A stretch of 64,000 nt of DNA. Source: the human T2T-CHM13v2.0 reference genome, Homo sapiens. The stretch lies in the NCBI RefSeq assembly GCF_009914755.1, contig NC_060926.1; one strand, given 5' to 3'. Shown piece after piece: positions 1 to 14,660 of this stretch. The position numbers were made by a program, and so were the translations under genes. Position 1 is the first letter of the stretch, and each line of letters starts with the position of its first letter. The notes beneath the pieces are model-generated. The model was not told the origin of the DNA and did no database searches. It saw nothing but the letters and a program-made list of their open reading frames with translations.

Positions 1-272
<272 letters not shown>

Positions 273-934
273 GCACACATACTGATTTAAACCAATGCTA
301 TAAGACCACCTAATCGTCTACTTATCAGCAAATGTTTAAAAAGTAAATATAATTAAATCAGTAATATCATTTGAAACAGTCAAATGAGCTAGGTATTAAT
401 AAAATTAGAAAGCATATCACGTAAGAAGAGTGAAAATTAAGAGTAATATACACATTGCTACAAAATAAAACACATTCGGATGATGCAGTGTATTTCATTT
501 TGTTCACACTAGCCAGCAAATACTGGGGTGAATACTACACACCTGTAATCATCTAATAATATACACTCAGGAGTAAGCAAACTCCAACATAAAGAAGACA
601 AAGCAAAGGAAAAGTGAATTTTAAGGTTCTACTCACACACACTTCAGTCTTCTATTTACAAGCTACAAGACACCAAGCAACATGGTTCTCAACTGTCGAA
701 TGGTTACAGCAGACAGGCAGAAAAGATCCCAAAGGGCCATCCTTTCCTTTCGTTTTGTTTTTTTTTTTAATTTTTCAAGAAAAAGATTTAAGGCAAAAAG
801 TTTCCTATTCTAATAAATAAATCAGAAACCATACATCTTATAATATTGAAAAGGAAGCCCTAAGGGGTAAAACTGTTTCTGAGCAAGTCACTTGTTTCAA
901 AACCTCAATTTCAAAAATGGTAAAAGAGGCCGAG

Positions 935-1537
935 GGCCAGGCACAGTGGCTCACACCTGTAATCCCAACACTTTGGGAGGCCGAGGTGGGAGGACTGCTT
1001 GAGGTCGGAAGTTCAAGATCAGCTTGGGCAATATAGCAAAACAGAGTGAGACCCCCCACAACTCCCATCTCTACAAAAAAAAAAAAAAAATTTAATTAGC
1101 CAGGTACAGTGCCTGTAGTATGCTTCCCAGCTACTCAGGAGGCGGAGGCAAAAGGATCATTTGAGCCCAGGAGTTCGAGACTGCAGTGAGCTATGATAGT
1201 GTCACTGTACTCCAACTAGTGACTGAGCAAGACCCTGTGTCAAACAAACAAACTAGAGGCCAGGTTAGGTGGTTCACACCTGTAATCCCAGCACTTTGCA
1301 CTTTGGGAGGCTGAAGCAGAAGGACTTGAGTCCAGGAGTACAAGACCAGCCTGGGCAACATAGCAAACCTCCATTTTGACAAAAAAAATAAAAATTAGCC
1401 AGGCACCCTATAGTCCTAGCTACTCGGCAGAAGCAGGAGGATTACTTGAGCTCAGGAGTTAGAAGCTGCAATGAGTTGTGATCACAGCACTGCACTCCAG
1501 CCTGGGCGACAGACTGAGACTCTGTTTCAAAACAAAT
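935..1537 (+). mobile_element. Two tandem old Alus (AluJ-like), about 935-1253 and 1258-1537
   Basis: Two GGCCAGG..CACACCTGTAATCCCA starts, each with GAGCCCAGGAGTT/GAGCTATGA-type right arms. Confidence 0.9.
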
Positions 1538-2761
1538 TGGTAAAAGTGCCAAATAAATGACCCCCTTTAAAAACTATTTCTCCCAATTTTACACTTGTAC
1601 TGTTGCTTTCTCTTTGCCTCCTTACCTCTATCTGTTCCAATGGATCTGGTCCTTTTGGGATAAGAGCCCTTTTCTCCAGTTTCCCCATTTCCCCTAAGGC
1701 TGTCTGTTGTGGCAACCCCTTTAGAAGTGCAGCTCTCTCCAGAGTCTCCACATGTAAATCTCCTACTAGGCCAGGAGCAGTTGCTATGCAGGTAGCTGCT
1801 GTCTTGGCACCCACGAGAAAACTGCTTTCTCTCCCCAAGGAACCACACACACTCAGAGGTTTGAAGGATGACCAAGGAGCAGGTGAGCTCAGCCACTGTG
1901 TCCTTCTCTGCCTGGCCCGAGGTAAGAGAGTCTTTGCTCACAGTGCCCTACCAATGCCCAACGACTTAACTCTAGCTGCCTGGGCCTAGTGTTGGGCAGG
2001 ACTAACACGTAGCACAACCACTAAATTCACACCGCAAAAGTTCCCTAGAAGGGCATTTAGAACAGCTTTTGCAGCTGAGATAAGAATACACACTGACTGC
2101 ACCTGGTTGAAGTTATTTCCCCACTCCAGAAAGAAACAAGTAGCATTTGGTCCAGCCAGCCAAACGAGCTGTGATAAGAAAGTCAGCCTGCACTGTGTTT
2201 AGAGGCCGACAGAAGGGCCAGGAAGAGCTGCGTCCTGCTGGTGCAGGGTGCCACTCCAGGAGCCCCAGATGGTGCAGGGTCCTCTCTCACAGGACAGAGC
2301 AAGGCCAAGAACATCACTGCTCCAACTCATTTATGCAGTCCCCAGCCCACCCACACCATACAACAGGACGCTGGAAGACTGGACAAAGGAATCATGCCAA
2401 GAAAGGTGACATATTACAGAAAACAAGCAACAGGAGAGAGGCAGCACTTAACCTGCTACACAACACAGCTGTATACAAGAACACTTGGCTGCCTCAAGGA
2501 CAGCAGCGCCCTCAATACTGAGCTTGGTCACAGAAGGCACCTGCTTAGCATCCCTGGATCGCAAGTTTGTTAATCCAAGCACATGCAAGTCTCTGGAGAA
2601 AGCTGCTCCACAAAGCCATTCGTCGAGACCACACATTCAACAGTCATCCAAGAATACAAAAGTGACACCTTGAGACCTGGCCTTCAGACTGGATTATTTC
2701 TACATGAAGCATATCTCTCAGAGCCTAAAAAGCTGATCTAGATTCTGGCAGCCCGTTATAA

Positions 2762-3119
<358 letters not shown>

Positions 3120-4112
3120 AGATCATTACCTTTTTAGCAATCAACACTATGCTATCTGTTCATCCCTCAAAATACGTATATGGCACCTGCCATGATCAAG
3201 TTACTCTGCTAAGCCATAGGGATCCAAACCAAGTAAAAGCATCACCAATACATTAATAGCACACCAATGGCTTCACGTGTAACCCAGGCTTGGGGTGGAA
3301 GCAGTAAAATGAAGAGGGGAGTTAGTCCAAGAGGCTTGTGCATCCATCACATGAATTCAGGGAAGTGGCTATCAGCCTTAGAGCTGGATCCTTGACAGAA
3401 TGATGGAAACACTAACCCAGCAAGAGTCTAGACTAGAAGCCAATCCCCCGAAGGCAGCCACAGATGGACTTGGTCCCAGTGCTAACAAGCAGCAGGTTAC
3501 TGCAGAGATAGGCCGTGAGTGCCTAAATGGCTTTAGGGCTGGGACTTTGATTTGTTCACTGTTTTTCCAAAACACATTTACTGAATATGTACTTGGTGAA
3601 AAATAAATGCCAATTGAATCAATGAAAGATATTCAAAATCCCAAGAAACACAGGACAACTTTACAGCGTGTATTTCAGCACCGAATACCTATCTTGCTGC
3701 AAAGGCCTGGTTGGTCCCACTCCTGAACTAGAAAGTGCTGTGTGGGCAGGATATCCCCTTTGACCCTGAGCTTTAGAGAAGCCCCACAGACACTCAAACG
3801 CTGGGTAAATCTGTCAAGATGGAATGTTTAAATGTGTGAACTTCTAAAAGTTAAGGGCCAAGATAACAAAAAGAAGAAATAATTACAGATCTTGATTTCC
3901 TGGGCCTGTCTCCTCTCCTATAAAAAGTTGATATTAATGCCTTTTGTGTTACCATGAGCATATACATAGACAGCACTTAACCCGAGCTGGCACACAATAA
4001 ACCGGTGTGGTGTTTTTTATTACTATTATCATCTGTGAGGACACCAGCACTGTAAGGCAACACAGCCCTAACTAAACGACTCCTGCAAGTGGCTTCACTC
4101 TACCAGGCTCTA

Positions 4113-4408
4113 CTTTTTCATTTTTGAGACGGAGTCTCGCTCTGTCTCTCCCAGGCTAGAGTGCAGTGGCGCGATCTTGGCTCACTGCAGCCTCCAACTC
4201 CTGGGTTAAAGTTATCTTCCTGTCTCAGCCTGCTGAGTAGCTGCGACTACAGGCATGTGTCACTACACCCGGCTAATTCTGTATTTTTAGTAGAGATGGG
4301 GTTTCACCATGTTGGACAGGCTGGTCTCGAACTCCTGACCTCAGGTGATCCACCCGCCTCAGCCTCCCAAAGTGCTGGGATTACAGGCGTGAACCACCGG
4401 ACCTGGCC
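4113..4408 (-). mobile_element. Alu (AluS-like) with target-site duplication
   Basis: Antisense Alu; AGGCTCTACT on both flanks. Confidence 0.92.
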
Positions 4409-4488
4409 AGGCTCTACTCTTTCCAACCAAAAAAACGGGGCCTGTGATGGCTATACCCTAGAGCCCTTTCAAGGACTGACCCTTTACA

Positions 4489-4685
4489 GCAGGGCTCCTC
4501 AACCTCAGCGCTGCTGACATTTTGAGTCGAATACTTCTGTTGCGGGGGCTGCCCTGTGTACCACAGGATGTAAGCATCTCTGGCCACAACCACCAGATGA
4601 TTGTAGGTCACGACAACCACAAAGGTCTCTGGACACTGCCAGATGTGCCCTGGGTAACAAAAATCACCCTGGTGATAACCACTGC
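4489..4685 (-). mobile_element. MER20-like hAT DNA transposon (MITE)
   Basis: About 200 bp with terminal inverted repeats CAGGGCTCCTCAACC ... GGTGATAACCACTG; interior (GACATTTTG, GGCTGCCCTGTG, CTGCCAGATGTG) resembles the recalled MER20 consensus. Confidence 0.75.
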
Positions 4686-4736
4686 TAGAAATAAATAGCG
4701 TGATGACTAGTATATAGGAAGCAATGAATACAAAGT

Positions 4737-5046
4737 TGTTTATTTGTTTTTTGTTTTTTTTTTTGAGATGGAGTCTCGCTCTGTCGCCCAGGCTGGAGTG
4801 CAGTGGCGTGATCTCGGCTCACTGCAAAGTTCCGCCTCCCGGGTTCACGCCATTCTCCTGCCTCAGCCTCCCGAGTAGCTGGGACTACAGGCATCCGCCA
4901 CCATGCTCAACTAATTTTTTGTATTTTTAGTAGAGACGGGGTCTCACCGTGTTAGCCAGGATGGTCTCGATCTCCTGACCTCGTGATCCACCCACCTCAG
5001 CCTCCCAAAGTGCTGGGATGACAGGTGTGAGTCACCGCGCCCGGCC
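4737..5046 (-). mobile_element. AluY-like
   Basis: CpG-rich antisense Alu with GGGTTCACGCCATTCTCC and GTTAGCCAGGATGG. Confidence 0.95.
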
Positions 5047-5254
5047 AAAAAGTTTTAATAGGTGAGGATTTTTATATCATTCATGGATTCTTAAACGTGA
5101 TCACAAAATCAGATGTTTTATGAGTGACTACCAGCTCCAAGCGTTATCCTTCCAAACTTGAAAACTGAATTTCTGATAAACTGAGTTACCCAGGTTCTGA
5201 GGCATCTGTTTAAAAAAAAAAATGAAAAATGAAAAACCCACTCAGAGATTCAGC

Positions 5255-5561
<307 letters not shown>

Positions 5562-5609
5562 TAAAAGAAAGGAGCTGAAATCCTACAGGTCAAAAAGTAC
5601 CCCAAGTCA

Positions 5610-5892
5610 GGCTGGGAGCAGTGGCTCATGCCTATTATCACAGCACTTCATTGGGAGGCCGAGGCTGGCAGATCATTTGAGGTCAGGAATTCGAGACCAG
5701 CCTGGCCAACACGGCAAAACCCTATCTCTACTATTGTGCATGCCTGTAGTCCCAGCTACTCAGGAGGCTGAGGCAGGAGAATTGCTTGAACCCGGGAGGC
5801 GGAAGTTGCAGTGAGCGGAGATCATGCTGTCATACTCCAGCCTGGGTGACAGGGAGAGACTCTGTCTCAATAAATTAAAAAAAAAAAAAAAA
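5610..5892 (+). mobile_element. Alu with deleted central linker
   Basis: Sense Alu with A-tail, flanked by AAGTA(C/T)CCCAAGTC duplication. Confidence 0.9.
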
Positions 5893-7869
5893 GTATCCCA
5901 AGTCCCCAAGTCATAAGGCTGATAAGAACAGGTCCAGGGAGTAGCTCTGAACCTATTCAAAAAAAAAAAAAAAAGAGGAAAAGCCCAAAATTGAAGTGAG
6001 GTCTCCTGACTCCCAGTACAGTCAAAGACACCATCCTTTCATTTTTGTTTCTTTTTTGGGGGGCGGGGGGGACAGGGGGGCAGTGTCATCCTAACCTGGA
6101 TAAACATCTCAACTCTTTGTTGAGTCAGGGAGAAATAATCAATATCCTGCCTTCTGTACCTAAGACAGCAAGTACTGCTGCAGGTCTCACAAGGTCTACC
6201 TCAAGAACTTCTGAGACTACAACAGAGGGAAAAGGCAAGCCCTAGAGTGGATCTGAAAAACGCTTATTTGAAAGAATTCATCGAGACTGCTCACGCCACT
6301 TGCTGACTGTTGACTTTGACATCAGCCACTTCTTACCTCTTCCTGCCCCAGGAGAGACCTGCGGTCATAGCACTGGGGTCTCTGGGATACAGCTAAGCCT
6401 CCTGAGAGACTGGAATGGGATGGGTAGGGGCTACACGAATAATGGTTTAATTAACATTGACAGTATTAATAGATTAATACTGCAGTGGGCTTGCTGTAGT
6501 GATGGTCTACCAAGGAACTTGATTTTTTAGCTTTAAAAATATTCTAAAAGATAACTCAACAAAACAATGTAAAAACTGGCAACCCCCCCATGAGGCTTTA
6601 CCAAAAAATATATTCTAAACTGTATCTTCAAAACTGTAATTTTAATTATACTTTAATTATAATTTTAATACATGATTTAAATAAAAATAGGATCTTACAT
6701 GCATTCTTTCACCATCTGCTACACTTATTTTCATTTGAAAAGACACCATGGCCATCTTTCCGAGTACCAAATACAAATTTACCTCATTTGTTAACAACTA
6801 CATGTTGAGTGGAGTAAACATACCTTAATAAATCCCCTACTGATAGGACCCTTGAACTAATTTTTTTTTTTTTTTGCGATTATAAACAATGCTGGAAAGA
6901 ACATCCTCTGCTCACTTGGGCCTCTACCCCCACAGGATAAATTGAATTGGAAATGGAATTATATGATGACAGGCAATGCATTGATAGATATTGCCAAGGT
7001 AAAACTGCCCACCTCCCAAAGAGTTTAACTAGTTACACTCACAACACCTGATTACAGAATACCTGTCCTCTTCTCCTTTGAGGACAACTAAAATGATCAT
7101 GTTTATTCTTTTTTCCAGCCTGATGTGCGGGAAATACGATTTTAATGGCAACTCTGATCATCAGTGAGACAGCAATCTTGTTGAGCTTATTGACCTTTTG
7201 AATTTCTGTACTGTGAAGATCAAACTAATCACAACCAATCCGTCGTCCACCTTTCTACCAGTGTTTCAGCAACGCTTGTGAGACAAAGCAAAATCCACAT
7301 CTGGGCAACAGAGCAGTAGGAATGAACAGAAAGAATTATAAATTTAAGTGAAACTCAAGTTGTATGCCAAAAATAACATTCCTAAAGGGCACCCAGGCAA
7401 AAGTGATGAGAAAATACTATTAAAAAGGACATCTTTTGCCTCAATTAGTCACACAGTAGACAACGTAAGCTGATGACCTGAGACACCTCAGCCTGCCAAA
7501 GTTCCGTTTCATTCACAAACATTAACCTACTCTGCTTTAAGAGAAGGGCTCCCCCAAAAGGTAATTGTGCTTGCAGAAAAGCGTCAAAGTGTATACTGTT
7601 TTGGGGGGTATGCAGACCTGGGTAGATGGTAGACTGAGGCTGACTGACAAGGCCAGGTTAGGGAAGCAGTGAAGTAGCTGAAGGCACAAACTGGAGCCAA
7701 ACCACTAACTCTAGCCTTTGCCTCAGGGTCTACCTCGACCTGTGATAACAACAATACTTGCCTCCTACAGGTGACAGGAAAAGTAAGAAATGTCGTGAAT
7801 GGTGTGGCCCATGGTCACTTCACCACGATCCACCACCAGTACTGGGTCACTCTGCTCCAGCTCTCCAAA

Positions 7870-8360
7870 GGCATCAAGATCCGACTGCTAGGAGCCCCGG
7901 CTTCTTCCCTGACCTGCCCGTCTCCTACACCCTCTGGTCCTGCTCCACACTGGTCTAATAACTGGTGTTCCACATTCCTCTAACGTGCACAACACAGTCC
8001 TGCCCCCGTGCTTTTCACCTCCTGTCCATTCCTCTTATAACGCTCTTCCCCAGATCGCTGCCCATGGCTTGTTTGCTCATCTCAAGTTTGAATCAACTGT
8101 CGCTCAATCAGCAAGGCCTCCCCACTATGCCAAACTGCCACTGTGTCCCCCACTCCACTCCCCTCGATACTTTATTTTCCTCCTTTCTTCTTGTCCACAT
8201 TGGACATACTGCATATCTGCTGGTCTGCTGACTGCCTGACACCGCTTACCAAAACGTGACCTCCGTGAAAGTGCAGGAGAACACACTTGCATTTTCCTTA
8301 CTGTGTCCCACTTCCTGGAACAGTGTCTCCAGCACGAGCCGTTGTCAGATCAATACATTT
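7870..8360. mobile_element. L2 LINE 3' fragment (degenerate)
   Basis: Pyrimidine-rich segment ending ACAGTGTCTCCAGCAC..CAATACATTT, resembling the L2 terminus. Confidence 0.5.
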
Positions 8361-8379
8361 ACACTACTTCGTGAAGCAC

Positions 8380-10800
8380 CACTAAAATGATAGTAAACGA
8401 TTTTTTCTTTTTTTAAGATACAAATCACGAAAGCAAAGAATAAGAATAGAGATAAGAACATTAAAATACTGGAGGCTAGAAACTGGAAACAGACCTAAAA
8501 GGGCTGAATCCTGTATCGGCAATGGGGAAGGCCAACTGGCAATATGACTGGAAGCCAGGAGACCTGAATTAAAAACAGAGTTGGCTGATAGGTTTAAAAG
8601 GCACGAAGATCCCTAAGATGCACCCCACAACTCTGCACAGCCACACAGAGCCAACCTGCACAGTCCCTCTCCTATCCTGGCAAAAAGGTATCGCTTTTCT
8701 GTCTGCAAAGGGAAGTAGAATCTTTGGACTGGGGACACCAGTTACAGAGGAGGGAAACAATTCTGAAAAGAGGGAAGTAAGCTCTTTTATGGTTACTGCT
8801 GTGCTCCCAGGCCTCTCTCCTCACTTGGCCACTCAGCCAGGCAAAGGGCTACAAGATATTTCTCTGGGGAATCTGAAGAAACCCAAAGAAGCTGACAAGG
8901 GTGCTGTAAGGAAATGGCCCAGCCAGGTGCCTCTGCAGTGAAAGCCACAGTCAGCCACAGACACAGGCTCAGAGGCCCTCTGACTCACGAGCAGGCACAA
9001 GAACATCACTGCATAGCCCAGAAAAGGCTGACAAAAGCCAAAAACCCACAACAAACCAGAGCAGCCTCAGTAGTGACTTAAGGAAAAAGAAAACAGGGAA
9101 AAATAAAACCTCATCAATATCTTCCAACAGTTAACAGGAGATACCACATTCATGAAACAAAAAATAGGTTATAAAATAGGAATAGAGGGAACAAGAAAAA
9201 GCTCTTAGAAATGAGAAAAACCTTGGTAGAAGGGCTGGAAGACAAACTTGAGAATAACTTCCAGAAAGAAAATGAAAAACCAAAGGGTACAAAACATCAA
9301 TTAGACAGGAGGAATGTGGTTTTCTTTTATGAGATATATTGTACAGCACGGTGAATATAGTAAATAATAATGTCGATTTCAAAAGTGCTGACGGTAATTT
9401 CATATGCTTTCACCACAAAAAACTTAAAGTATTTGAAGTGATGAATTATGTTAACTTGATTTTATTATTTATTGTATCCATAAATCGTAACATCACTTTG
9501 TACCCCCTAAATATGTACAAGTATAATTTGTCAATTTACAATTTAAAAGATAAAAACAAAAACAAAAATTTTAGAGGGGGGAAAAAGAAACCTTAAGAAA
9601 ATTATGAGTGCCAATCCAGAAAGTCCAAGAGTAGAATTCTAGAGAGAGAGAGAGAAAGCAAATAGGAAGAAATCAAAGCAATAAATCAAAAAAATGCCCA
9701 GCGTTGAAGAACATGAGTTGCAAATAAACAGGACCAAAGAGTAGGCAAGACGATGGATGAAAACAGTCTCCAAGGGACATCACTGTTCTGGGAGTTCTGA
9801 ATTTCACAGAAAGAAAAGCCTCTGAGGCCAGATGCAAAGCCTTCACTCCCAGCACTTCGGGAGTCTGAGGCAGGAGAATCACTTGAGGCCAGGAGTTCAA
9901 GATCAGCCTGGGCAACATAGAGAGCTCATGTCTACAAAAAGTTTTTAAAATTATCCAGGTGTGGCGGTGCATGCCTGTAGTCCCAGGTACTTGGGAGGCC
10001 GAGGCAGGAGCATCACTCAAGCCCAGGAGATTGCAGCTGCAGTGAGCTATGACAGCGCCACCGCACTACAGCCTGAGCAACAGAGCAAGACGCTGTGTCT
10101 CAAAAAAAAACAAAAGAAAGAAAGAAGAAAAAAAAGAAACAAAAACCTTCAGGTTTCATGGAGGAAAACATAGTCACACACAAAGGCTCTAAAAATGTTA
10201 CGTATCAATAAAAGAGAATCAGAACGGCTTAAGACTTCAACAACACTGGAAACTTAGAGACCGCGGAGCAAAATGATGTCCAAATTCCTACTCAGGATAA
10301 GAGCAGAACGAGGCACTTTCGTACATACAAATTCTGAAAACTTCATCTGCCATGCACTTCTCAGGCAACTAGTGAAGGATGTGCTCCATCGAAGTGAGAC
10401 AGTCAAATCAAGAGAATGACATAGGTTCCAGAAAAGTGAGGCTCCAACACAAGAGGGAGTGAGGAGAGTTACAGGAAGATTTCAGGCACAGACAAGCCTG
10501 CAGCAGATTGGAGGCGCTGGGAGAGATTTATTCAAGATAAAATGATAGGAATACTAATTTTCTTCAAAAGAAAACGGACAATTTCTTGAAAGATTTAGAT
10601 AATTGCTTCAGAATTTGGGGTTGAATTGTAGTGACAAAATATAGAAAACTGAGCAAGCAGCAAGCAAACAAAAACAAATAAGACTTGTAATAACCCAGGA
10701 AAACAAAAAGTTATCCAGAAAAGTGAAAACAATCCTATTATACCACTTCGTCCAGCTGTAAATGGCAATATGTAGTCATAATATAAACAATCAATACTGA
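8380..10800 (+). mobile_element. Old L1 (L1M) fragments, including an L1 3' end at about 9320-9580, interrupted by an AluJ-like element at about 9826-10145
   Basis: A-rich degenerate L1-like sequence; TTGTACAGCACGGTGAATATAGT ... CATCACTTTGTACCCCCTAAATATGTACAA is typical of an L1MA 3' end. Confidence 0.65.
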
Positions 10801-12226
10801 ACTAACCAAATTAAGGATATATCACTTTGGGCAGCCATGGATCCGTTTGCACTGAGAAGGCAGAGGGTGAAAGAAAGCTAGGAACTTCCTACCTATTCTC
10901 AGTGTCAAGCGAAGAGACATCACATGAAACAGGGGTAGGGGACACAAATACAGACGTCAAGCAAATATGCTCTTTAGAGTTGGAGGCAAAGATCAAGGAA
11001 ATCTACTAAGGCTGAAGTAGATACTCTGCAGGGGAGGAAACATGATTAGGGGAAGGATGTTGGCACTTCTTTCTTACAAGCCTTTCTAGGATTATCTGAC
11101 TCTACAAATGACATGAAGCTGTAACCTTGATTTGAAATAAGATTAATATGAATGCTAATAAAAAGTAGTAAGGGAGAGTATGTAGTCAATGTATTCTTAC
11201 CAAATTAACAACAAGTATCAACAAGATGACTAACACAACCACATGATGTCCAGACACGTCTCAGAACAAATGTCTAGCTCATCTTCAACGGTATTCGAGG
11301 AACTTCAGTGTGCTTGGTAAAACAATAGCCTACTAGGGATTTCACTTCTAAAATGTCTCTGACTTTAGAAATACCAAAAAATAACATGTAACCAAGTTTT
11401 AAAATATTATACACATGAAAAAAGGTTCTTTTCATTATTTTCTTGGTTTCCAGATGTTGAACGTTGTGGTGCTTTTACAATTGAAGAGAAAAAGCATTCT
11501 GACACATTATACTGGTTGGGGTTCTCTGCTTTTCTACTTGGTCAAAAACCTTTACACGCATTTTGGACTTTGTGTCATCATAACTTGGCAATTGGGAAAG
11601 CCGCATGATATGCTTCTTTCAGAACTTGGTTACTTCTTACCAAAAGAGGGAAAAGCTTTCGTATCACCATTTGCCTATGGGATGGATGCACAATGAACGG
11701 GCCATACCAAATAAAAATATCACTTTGTACTCCAAAAAGCATGTTCTCTGCTTAAGCCCTTTCTGTAAGTTTCAGCTGGGACGCACTAATGGAGAATCCA
11801 TATGACCCACGAAGGATCGTAAGATATCCCAGTGGACCCGGCACAATCATCTCAAATTCTGTTCAGGTCAGAGTATCTTAGATAAAACTCACTGAAGGGC
11901 ATCAAGTCCTTCAGTACACAGTCTGAGCCAAGCCCTCTACCATTTGCCATGGCAAGAGTATACCAAATTCTAAACCTGTTGCTCACGTATGCCACCAACT
12001 ATAAATGTCAGCCTCCTCTTTCCTAGTCTTCCTGTCCACTCAGCACCACCTGGAAAAACTCTTACTCGTCTTTTAAACCGCAGTTCAAGGACCACATTCT
12101 GTAGGAAGACTTTCCAACAGGTAACCACAGCCTATTTCCTATGTCCACACCTTACACATATTTCTATCATTGCACTTATCACACCATAATGTAATTACTC
12201 TTCTACAAATAAGTCTCTCACACTAG

Positions 12227-12646
<420 letters not shown>

Positions 12647-14369
12647 TGAAATGAAGAAGTGAGGTCATGAGGCTGAAGTCAGACAACTGGAAGGCCAAAA
12701 CAACAAAACCTGGAAAAATACGTATTTACTCAAGAAGAAATTCTCCCACCAGGCCACTGAGAAGTTAGCTTTGCCCACTGGAGAGGACACTGTAACAGGG
12801 ATTCAAGTAAGCCTAGTGGCGCTGAGGGACGTGATATAGGTCAACTATATCTTTGAGGTGCTCTCCTTACACTCAATGCACTTTTACCCGAATGACGTTA
12901 ATTTGACTCCTGATAAGATGAGCTAAGTCCCTTCAACAGTGCTTGGCACCAAGCAAAACTAATAGCAGTAACAGGAAAGTTTAATCCTCATGATGAATTA
13001 TTTAATGGGGTTTCAAACGCTGTCCCTGAGACTTGAGGCAGTAGGCTCCAGCTCCATTTTCCCCAAGTCTAAAACTTGATAGGTTGATGTTTCAGACTCA
13101 GAGATTCGGTAATCCAAATGATGGAAATAATTCTTACCCAAACACCTTTTCAACTATTTTTAAATACTGTTGCCAAGCATCCTAATATCATGTGTACTTA
13201 ATGAATTTAGCCTAGGGATACTTTTACATGTCAAAAAATCAAAATATAAACCTAAGCACTACGTTTCATCCAGTGTTTCAGCATCCCAGATTTGCTTCCC
13301 TAAATGAACATTAAGCTTATTATGCAATGTGCCGCTACCAGGAGCCTTAGACAAAACCCTAATTGTGACTTAACCTATCTTAATAGGGTTTTAAGGAAGT
13401 TAGCTGCTAAGAAAGTGACTATCCTTAAGCAGACACCAAATAAATGTGAAGTCATTGATTGAGGGCTTAGGGTATAGGTAGCTATGAATCTGAGGACATA
13501 AAACGCAAAACTGAGGGGCAAATCGTCATGTTCCTTAAGATTACGACTCATCCACATTCCTTCAGACGTTTAATTTCACCATAATAGGCACTGTTTAATA
13601 AGCAAAGCCCAAGTCGACTTCCTTCGATTTTACATGGCGTCCAAACACCATGTCAAGTCTGACCCTCTCATTTTTTAAGTCGAATGGAGAGGATATGTAG
13701 CAGCTAGCCTTGAGCACCTAACCACTTTTCAAAGGAGCTACGCACAAAAATACCCTAGCAACATGCCACGGTGTCAGAAAGGCTCAGGTTCCCAACACCA
13801 TGCGGGTCAGCCATTAGGAACTCAGGAAGTGTTTCCTCTAAGCGGGGGAAACCTAGGAAGGCTTCCTGAACGAGGGGTATTTGCGCCAAGCCTTGACGTG
13901 AGTCTCGAACAGTTGCAGTGCCTCCAGGCCACGCGGGAGGGAGGAAAGGACACCCCGGGCCGGGGCACAACCCGCGGGCCGGAGCCGCCCGCGCCCATCC
14001 CGCTCAGGCCGCAGCCAGGCACGGCACCCTCCCGTCCCCGAGCCACGTCGCTGCTCGTGGGCTCGCGGAGCACTCCCCAGGTCTCACCTCGGGCCCCACA
14101 CCAGAAGGAGAAAGCTAGGGGCCGCGCCAGCTCCGCCCTCCCCCGCGGGGCGGCGGGCCCCAGCCCGGGCACAGGAAGGCCACGTCCCCGGGGAGGGACG
14201 CCCGACTCGATGGTCTGCGCAGGGCCCGTCGGCCCCACGTGACGTGCGCGCAGCCAATCCCAGAGAGGCCCCCCGATCATCGAGACGGCGGCGGTGGTGG
14301 GCTAGACCAGTTTCGCGCGGCCGCTCGCCGTCCCCCGCCCAGTCGTACTCGGCGCCCCAGCTCGGTGCT

Positions 14370-14596
14370 GCCGCCATCTTCTTGGAGGACAGGAGGAGAG
14401 GCGAAGGCTCCCCCTCCCCGTGATCGCTCCGCACTCCCGCCACCACCTGCCCTCCCGCGACCGCCTCTCTCCTCCTCAGTGGGCACTTGTCTCCTTCTAA
14501 CAAACGGCCTTCCCCCCACTCCAGTTACCCACCGCAAGGCGAAGATTCTCATTACCTGTTCCACTCTTATAAGCATAAGAAAACCGAGCTCATAAG
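14370..14596 (+). other. SEPTIN2: SEPTIN2 alternative upstream non-coding first exon (start approximate)
   Basis: Donor AAG|GTAGGA at 14596/14597 downstream of E-box and CCAAT elements. Confidence 0.6.
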
Positions 14597-14660
14597 GTAG
14601 GAACTGTGGCGAAACAGGGACAAGCCGCCATCTTGGTAAAGGAGAAGAGGCTACGCTTGA
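14556..14660 (-). other. HDLBP: HDLBP (vigilin) non-coding exon 1; intron 1 runs off the left edge
   Basis: Minus-strand donor CAG|GTAATG (plus CATTAC|CTG at 14550-14558) within the CpG island; name from recalled head-to-head arrangement with SEPTIN2; TSS approximate. Confidence 0.75.

Noticed and set aside
1527-2673. Cluster of 100-128 aa ORFs and donor-like sites (minus GAG|GTAAGG near 1626; plus donors near 1882 and 1921)
   Set aside because: No recognisable protein similarity and no convincing paired acceptor; cannot call an exon or pseudogene without RNA data
14582-14593. uORF2 begins MSSV, like the vigilin N-terminus as I recall it
   Set aside because: A four-residue match followed by a stop after 8 codons; most likely coincidence and not the HDLBP CDS
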